A stretch of DNA of 12,614 nucleotides from contig JAQGDQ010000270.1 in assembly GCA_030141605.1 (NCBI GenBank), forward strand, positions 281,207-293,820. The letters run 5' to 3'. This document shows positions 7,756-12,614 of the stretch, in pieces. The stretch comes from Tubiluchus corallicola. Its lineage: Eukaryota > Animalia > Priapulida. Made by a program: the position numbers and the translations under genes. How positions within the stretch are numbered: the first letter of the stretch is position 1; each line of letters opens with the position of its first letter. The notes beneath the pieces were generated by a model that saw nothing but the letters and a program-made list of their open reading frames with translations, searched no databases and was not told the DNA's origin.

Positions 7756-8700
7756 TCATTTTTTAAGGAATGTTGTTACGTTTTCAAATATTCGTTGTTC
7801 AATATTGTTAATGTCAGCTTTATGAAACCCATCTCCGGTTATGTTTTCGTAAAGTTCTATATACCTGTTAGAGATACTATTAATGATAGTTTCATCCATA
7901 TGGGGCACTTTTTGTCCCTCTTTACCCTGAAATCCTTTTTCAATAAGCCATTGGCGAACAAACTCCTTTGAGAGTTGTTTCTGGCTTTCTCCAGCGGCCT
8001 GTTTAGTCTCATAGCCATCTGCATAAAAGTATCTTGAAGAGTCTGGCGTGTGAATTTCGTCTATCAGGTATATTTCCCCATCTTTTTTTCCAAATTCATA
8101 TTTGGTATCAACCAGTATCAACCCTTTTTCCGATGCCATTTCTGTTCCCCTCTCAAACAGTTTTATGGTATATTTTTCCAGCATTTCATACTCTTTTTTG
8201 CTCACAATTCCCTGGTCAATAATTTCTTCTCTTGATATGTCTTCATCGTGTCCCTGGTCTGCCTTCGTTGTAGGTGTAATCAACGGCCTGGGAAATTTCT
8301 CATTTTCGACCATTCCTTCCGGCATGGATACCCCGCAAAGCTCTCTTTTCCCAGCTTTATATTCACGCCATGCATGGCCGGTCAGATATCCTCTGATAAC
8401 CATCTCAACTTTAAATGGTTCACACATATGGCCAATAGTTACCATAGGGTCGGGAGTGGCAACTTTCCAGTTGGGTACAATGTCACTTGTTGCATCTAGA
8501 AATTTAGATGCAATCTGATTAAGCACTTGCCCTTTAAATGGTATTCCGTTGGGAAGTACTACATCAAATGCAGAGATACGGTCGGATACAACCATAACCA
8601 AGTAGTCATCATTTATATTATAAACATCCCTAACTTTACCTATATAAAGGTCTTTTTGCCCTGGGAAGTCAAATTTTGTGCGAACGATTGATTTGATCAT
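7756..8700 (-). CDS. purC: phosphoribosylaminoimidazolesuccinocarboxamide (SAICAR) synthase, long form
   Basis: [51 protein letters not shown]. Confidence 0.97.
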   Translation of the reverse strand: MIKSIVRTKFDFPGQKDLYIGKVRDVYNINDDYLVMVVSDRISAFDVVLPNGIPFKGQVLNQIASKFLDATSDIVPNWKVATPDPMVTIGHMCEPFKVEMVIRGYLTGHAWREYKAGKRELCGVSMPEGMVENEKFPRPLITPTTKADQGHDEDISREEIIDQGIVSKKEYEMLEKYTIKLFERGTEMASEKGLILVDTKYEFGKKDGEIYLIDEIHTPDSSRYFYADGYETKQAAGESQKQLSKEFVRQWLIEKGFQGKEGQKVPHMDETIINSISNRYIELYENITGDGFHKADINNIEQRIFENVTTFLKK

Positions 8701-8762
8701 TTTTTGTGAGTTTTTTATTTATTATACCTGTTTATTCGTTTGTGGTTTTTATAGTGTGTAGT

Positions 8763-9722
8763 TCAATTTTTATTTCTGTCATTATAGTTGTCATATGCTT
8801 TAACAATGTCTTTTACCAGCTGATGTCTGACAATATCGTTTTTATCAAATTCTATGACTGATATCCCATCTATTTCAGAGAGTATTTTTATTGCAAGTGG
8901 TAGTCCTGAGTTCCTTTTTTTAGGAAGGTCTATTTGTGTTATATCGCCGGTTATAATATATTTTGTATTCATTCCCATACGGGTGAGAAACATTTTTAGT
9001 TGAAGAATCGTGGCGTTTTGTGCTTCGTCAAGTATTACATATGCATCACTCAGCGTTCTGCCACGCATAAAGGCAAGAGGGGCTATCTGTATAGTTCCGT
9101 CTTTTAAAAATTCAGTAAGTTTTTTGTGAGGTATCATATCAGAAAGAGCATCATAAAGAGGCTGGAAATATGGGTCAAATTTTTCTTTTAAGTCTCCGGG
9201 TAAAAAGCCAAGGTTCTCCCCGGCTTCTACTGCCGGGCGGCTAAGTATTATTTTTTTTGCGCTCTTGTTTTTTAAGGCTTTTACTGCCAGGGCAATAGCT
9301 GTGTATGTTTTTCCTGAGCCGGCAGGCCCTATAGCGAAAAGCATCTCTTTTTTTTGTGTAAGCTCAGCCAGCTTTTTTTGATTCTTTGTTTTTGCTCTGA
9401 TTGGTTTTCCCGAATTGCCAAATAGCAATATATCTTTTTTGTGTTCAGAAGCAGTATCAAGAGCATCCATCTCTCCAGATAGTATAAGTGAGATAGATTT
9501 ACTGTCAATGGTGTTAAAGTAGTTATAATGCCCGGATAGAAGCTGAAATGCATTTGTAAAATTGAGAACTTGCTCTTTCTTACCTTTTACCTTTAACATA
9601 TCGTCTCGTGCTACAATTATCAGTTCGGGGAAATATGATTTAATCAACTCCAGATTTGAGTTCTTAGCTCCAAAAAAGATAACTGGGTCAATATTTTCTA
9701 GGGGAATACTTTGTTCGATCAT
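8763..9722 (-). CDS. phoH: PhoH family ATPase (YbeZ-like)
   Basis: Walker A GPAGSGKT, RPAVEAGENLGFLPGD, PLAFMRGRT, LDEAQN, GDITQIDL, VRH. Confidence 0.93.
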   Translation of the reverse strand: MIEQSIPLENIDPVIFFGAKNSNLELIKSYFPELIIVARDDMLKVKGKKEQVLNFTNAFQLLSGHYNYFNTIDSKSISLILSGEMDALDTASEHKKDILLFGNSGKPIRAKTKNQKKLAELTQKKEMLFAIGPAGSGKTYTAIALAVKALKNKSAKKIILSRPAVEAGENLGFLPGDLKEKFDPYFQPLYDALSDMIPHKKLTEFLKDGTIQIAPLAFMRGRTLSDAYVILDEAQNATILQLKMFLTRMGMNTKYIITGDITQIDLPKKRNSGLPLAIKILSEIDGISVIEFDKNDIVRHQLVKDIVKAYDNYNDRNKN

Positions 9723-9757
9723 TTATGTAGTTTGCGATTCGAATAAATTTGTATGTT

Positions 9758-9887
9758 GAGATTTTTGCAAAACACGTCTTTTTGTTAATAATTTTCGTCA
9801 AAACCCTCATTTGTTATCGATAAGGAGTGGTCTGTCCTCGAGCTTTTTTTCTATCTGAACAAGAGCCATTCGCCTTGGAAAGGTTTC
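9758..9887 (+). repeat. MITE-like dispersed repeat, copy D
   Basis: Ends gagatttttgcaa and ttggaaaggtttc each match the consensus TIR at 11/13. Core is aaaccctcatttgttatcgataaggagtggtctgtcctcgagctttt. Confidence 0.75.
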
Positions 9888-9963
9888 GTGCTGCAAAATA
9901 AATACTTTTTCCGGCTTGTCGTAAATAAATAGTGTGATAAAAAGCAGTTGATGCTTTATTTTT

Positions 9964-9971
9964 TAATTTTG
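9964..9971 (+). promoter_or_regulatory. candidate -7 promoter element for mazG
   Basis: TAATTTTG(C) is an exact TAnnTTTG match 53 bp upstream of the ATG. Confidence 0.55.
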
Positions 9972-10024
9972 CCGCTGTGTTTTTCTGATAAAGTATTTAT
10001 TCATAGGTTAAATTAAATGGCAAT

Positions 10025-10813
10025 ATGGCAAATAGAGAGTATTTAGAGGCGTTTGGAAAGCTGCTTGATGTGATGGATGAGTTGAGGGAAAAGTGTCCAT
10101 GGGACAGGGAACAGACCTATGAGTCGTTAAGAAAGCTTACAATAGAGGAGACGTTTGAGCTGGGCGATGCAATTTTAAGAAACGATATTCCTGAGATCAA
10201 AAAGGAGCTGGGTGATATGTTATTGCACGTTATTTTTTATGCTAAAATTGCGTCAGAGGAGAAAAGTTTCAATATTGGTGATGTTATTGCCAGCCTGGTT
10301 GATAAGTTGATTTATCGCCACCCACATGTTTTTGGTGATAATGAAGTTCAGAGCTCTACAGAGGTTGAGAGCAACTGGGAAGTTCTAAAGCAGAGTGAGA
10401 AGGAAAGTGGCAGACGTGTTTTAGAGGGTGTTCCAGTCTCTATGCCTGCTTTGGTTAAGGCAAACCGCATTCAGGAGAAGACGGCGGCAGTAGGTTTTGA
10501 GTGGAAGCATAAGGAGCAGGTGTGGGATAAGGTAAAAGAGGAGGTGTCTGAGCTGGAGCATGAGGTGAGACATGGTGATCTAGAGAAAAGAGAGCAAGAG
10601 TTTGGTGATCTTTTTTTCTCTCTGGTAAATGCATCAAGGTTGTATGGTATTGATCCTGAGAGCGCGCTTGAGCGAACAAATCAGAAGTTTGTAAAAAGAT
10701 TTAATTATCTTGAAAGTCATATATTGAAGGAAGGCAAGTCTTTGCATGATATGAGCCTTGAGGAGATGGATGTATACTGGGAAGAGGCAAAGAAGCTGGA
10801 GCAAAAGGGGTAG
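10025..10813 (+). CDS. mazG: nucleoside triphosphate pyrophosphohydrolase MazG (tandem domain)
   Basis: LREKCPWDREQT, IEETFE, KELGD, RHPHVFG, second domain EEVSE…EFGDLFF and KFVKRF. Confidence 0.95.
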   Translation: MANREYLEAFGKLLDVMDELREKCPWDREQTYESLRKLTIEETFELGDAILRNDIPEIKKELGDMLLHVIFYAKIASEEKSFNIGDVIASLVDKLIYRHPHVFGDNEVQSSTEVESNWEVLKQSEKESGRRVLEGVPVSMPALVKANRIQEKTAAVGFEWKHKEQVWDKVKEEVSELEHEVRHGDLEKREQEFGDLFFSLVNASRLYGIDPESALERTNQKFVKRFNYLESHILKEGKSLHDMSLEEMDVYWEEAKKLEQKG

Positions 10814-11168
10814 GGGGAAGTGTAAAATAAATTCTGTTTGAAGTTTTTCTTTTTGATGCAAAAGTATGCTAAGAGGTTTAGAGGTATCACTGGAATCACA
10901 AGTGAGTTTATAGAGCACGTAAGCAAATGGGACTAAGTGTGAAAAGGAAGTGCAAGTGTAGGCTTCATGTACGTGTAAAATCCTCTATTGACTTTGCCTA
11001 TTGAAAAGAGTATCGTTTGGAACATGGGTTTTTTTAATGCATGACAGTTTAATCTAAAGGGGAAAGCTTTAGTTATACTTACTCTTTACTCTTCAAGTTA
11101 TAAAAAGGTAGCTACACATATTCACCTTCCTTACAAATCTATTTCACTGAAAGGCCTAATTAGTAGTT

Positions 11169-11185
11169 TTGTAAAGTCTTTACAA
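11169..11185. promoter_or_regulatory. perfect 8-1-8 palindrome, candidate operator
   Basis: TTGTAAAG-T-CTTTACAA lies ~55 bp upstream of a -7 motif. Confidence 0.4.
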
Positions 11186-11240
11186 CCGGCGCTTTTTTAA
11201 TCTACCTGTGTTTATGTCTTTAAAGTTATAGTTATTTTTC

Positions 11241-11248
11241 TACTTTTG
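11241..11248 (+). promoter_or_regulatory. candidate -7 promoter element for the DUF6263-like gene
   Basis: TACTTTTG is an exact TAnnTTTG match 82 bp upstream of the ATG. Confidence 0.45.
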
Positions 11249-11330
11249 TTTGTAGTAAGCCAAACTTTAGGGGCATTTACAGCAGGTTAAATATAACAGG
11301 CTTAGCACAGACTAAAAAAACAGGTATGAA

Positions 11331-12287
11331 ATGAAAAAGCTATACATTTTGATATTGTTGTCAGCTACTACCCTTGTTGCTTTATGTGAGAGTCGAAAAA
11401 GAGAGCTGGTCTTAAAGCTCGAAGAGGGTGAAGAGTATAGGCATATTATAAGTTTAGATATTTCTGTGACTCAGAATGTTGATGGGCAGAAAATAAATAT
11501 CCCTATGACAATAAGCATGAATGTGTTGTATTTTGTAAAATCTGCTGATGATGATGGTTATGAGATGGAGGTTAAATACGAAAGCCTGGGTATGTCGATG
11601 CAAGTGGCGCGACGGGTAATAGAGTTTAGTTCTGAGAAAAATGATGAACATGACTTTTTTTCAGTAGCTATGGCAGCAATAAAAAATAGGCCATTTACAG
11701 TAAAAATGTCCACAAGAGGAGAGGTTATAGATATTGAAAGTATTGAGTCAATTTTTAATTCAGTAGTCAATTTTTCAAAAATACCTGAAGTAAAGTTTGC
11801 GGAGATAGAGGCGCAGTTGAGTGAGGCTTATGGGACAGAGTCGCTTAAGGGGAGCATAGAGATGCTAACAGCCATTTTACCGGATAAGCCTGTTTCTATA
11901 GGTGAGAAATGGACAGTTGCTACAATATTTAAAGGGATAGGTGTGCCATTGTTAAATGTGGCTACGACCTACGGTCTTGTTCAGGAAAGTGAAGATTATG
12001 TTTTATTAAATGGAGAGTCTAAAGTAGAAACTGAGGAAGAAGGGGGAGAAGATATCGAGCTAAATGGAGTAAAAGTAAAGTATAGTGAGTTGGTTGGTGT
12101 GACAAAATCAGAAATTAAACTTAACAAAAATACCGGCTGGATAATTGAGGCTAAAATTAACCAGAAGATAGCCAGTAGTATTCATATAGCAGGAAATTCA
12201 CAAATGCCGGATGGCATGAGAGTACCAATGGTGCTAATAAATAAAATGACGATTACAGATGGTTATAATTCTCCGTGGGGAGACTAA
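11331..12287 (+). CDS. secreted protein of unknown function, DUF6263-like
   Basis: Signal peptide MKKLYILILLSATTLVA, then LKLEEGEEY, PFTVKMSTRGEV, LPDKPVSIGEKW and KNTGWI. This pattern recalls Bacteroidota DUF6263 proteins; assigned from memory, not by HMM. Confidence 0.7.
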   Translation: MKKLYILILLSATTLVALCESRKRELVLKLEEGEEYRHIISLDISVTQNVDGQKINIPMTISMNVLYFVKSADDDGYEMEVKYESLGMSMQVARRVIEFSSEKNDEHDFFSVAMAAIKNRPFTVKMSTRGEVIDIESIESIFNSVVNFSKIPEVKFAEIEAQLSEAYGTESLKGSIEMLTAILPDKPVSIGEKWTVATIFKGIGVPLLNVATTYGLVQESEDYVLLNGESKVETEEEGGEDIELNGVKVKYSELVGVTKSEIKLNKNTGWIIEAKINQKIASSIHIAGNSQMPDGMRVPMVLINKMTITDGYNSPWGD

Positions 12288-12391
12288 ACTTGAGAGAAAA
12301 ACCACATCTCTTTAGAAGTGCAGTTAACGGGGGTATTCACTTGGTTTGTAGTTGTATAGTGATTAAGAGATTGATATTCCATATTATATTT

Positions 12392-12424
12392 TCTTATCCA
12401 TATCTTATCCATATCGTATTCATG
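12392..12424 (+). repeat. 11-bp tandem repeat (2 perfect + 1 degenerate unit)
   Basis: tcttatccata tcttatccata tcgtattcatg. Confidence 0.6.
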
Positions 12425-12614
12425 CTGTATCTTTATATTCACTCTTTTTAGAGAGATAAAAGAGCCAAGGCAAGATGTTTTTGTTTAGGTTAATGAAGGG
12501 TTAGGTGAAAACCCACAATTCAATAGAGTAGGTTAGGATTCTGAAGAAGATACTAGTGAAAAGAAGGGTCTTTAAGGCTTTGAATAGTATTAGTTTTTTG
12601 CTTTGCTTTCAGCA

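Noticed and set aside
8490-8513. 9-bp inverted repeat ttgcatcta/tagatgcaa inside purC
   Set aside because: It lies within conserved coding sequence, and one such repeat in 12.6 kb of AT-rich DNA is plausible by chance.
919-9887. CRISPR or integron attC interpretation of the repeat family
   Set aside because: Copies are ~125 bp, diverged and irregularly spaced among housekeeping genes. There are no spacers, cas genes or integrase, and the ends are not RYYYAAC/GTTRRRY.
10025-10813. mazG/phoH as a toxin-antitoxin, anti-phage or prophage module
   Set aside because: This is the housekeeping tandem-domain MazG and a YbeZ-like PhoH next to purC, with no mazEF, PIN domain or phage genes.
10859-10866. 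minus-strand TACTTTTG pointing antisense into mazG
   Set aside because: The motif has only six informative bases in AT-rich DNA and no other support.
336-11770. remaining short ORFs (61-138 aa) in the track
   Set aside because: All overlap confidently assigned genes on the opposite strand or in another frame and lack recognisable motifs.

Overview
AT-rich Bacteroidota-type chromosomal window. The lineage is inferred from the long-form PurC, the phoH-purC pairing and the TAnnTTTG -7 promoter motifs. Genes in order: nitroreductase (+), DAACS dicarboxylate/amino-acid symporter (-), L-fucose isomerase fucI (+), Tat-exported hydroxypyruvate-isomerase-like TIM barrel (+), a complete 1,338-bp IS256-family element with imperfect TIRs and an 8-bp target duplication, purC (-), phoH (-), mazG (+) and a secreted DUF6263-like protein (+). 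The coding content is ordinary, and I see no defence system, CRISPR array or RNA gene. The unexplained signal is non-coding. A family of ~123-135 bp co-oriented intergenic repeats occurs four times (919-1043, 2403-2525, 2636-2769, 9758-9887). The repeats have degenerate GAGACCTTTGCAA terminal inverted repeats and look like an old MITE family; two copies flank the symporter and three lie in upstream or promoter regions. There is also a cluster of nested hairpins at 627-900, a perfect 32-bp palindrome inside the IS and two operator-like palindromes. All family calls come from motif recognition, with no database searches.
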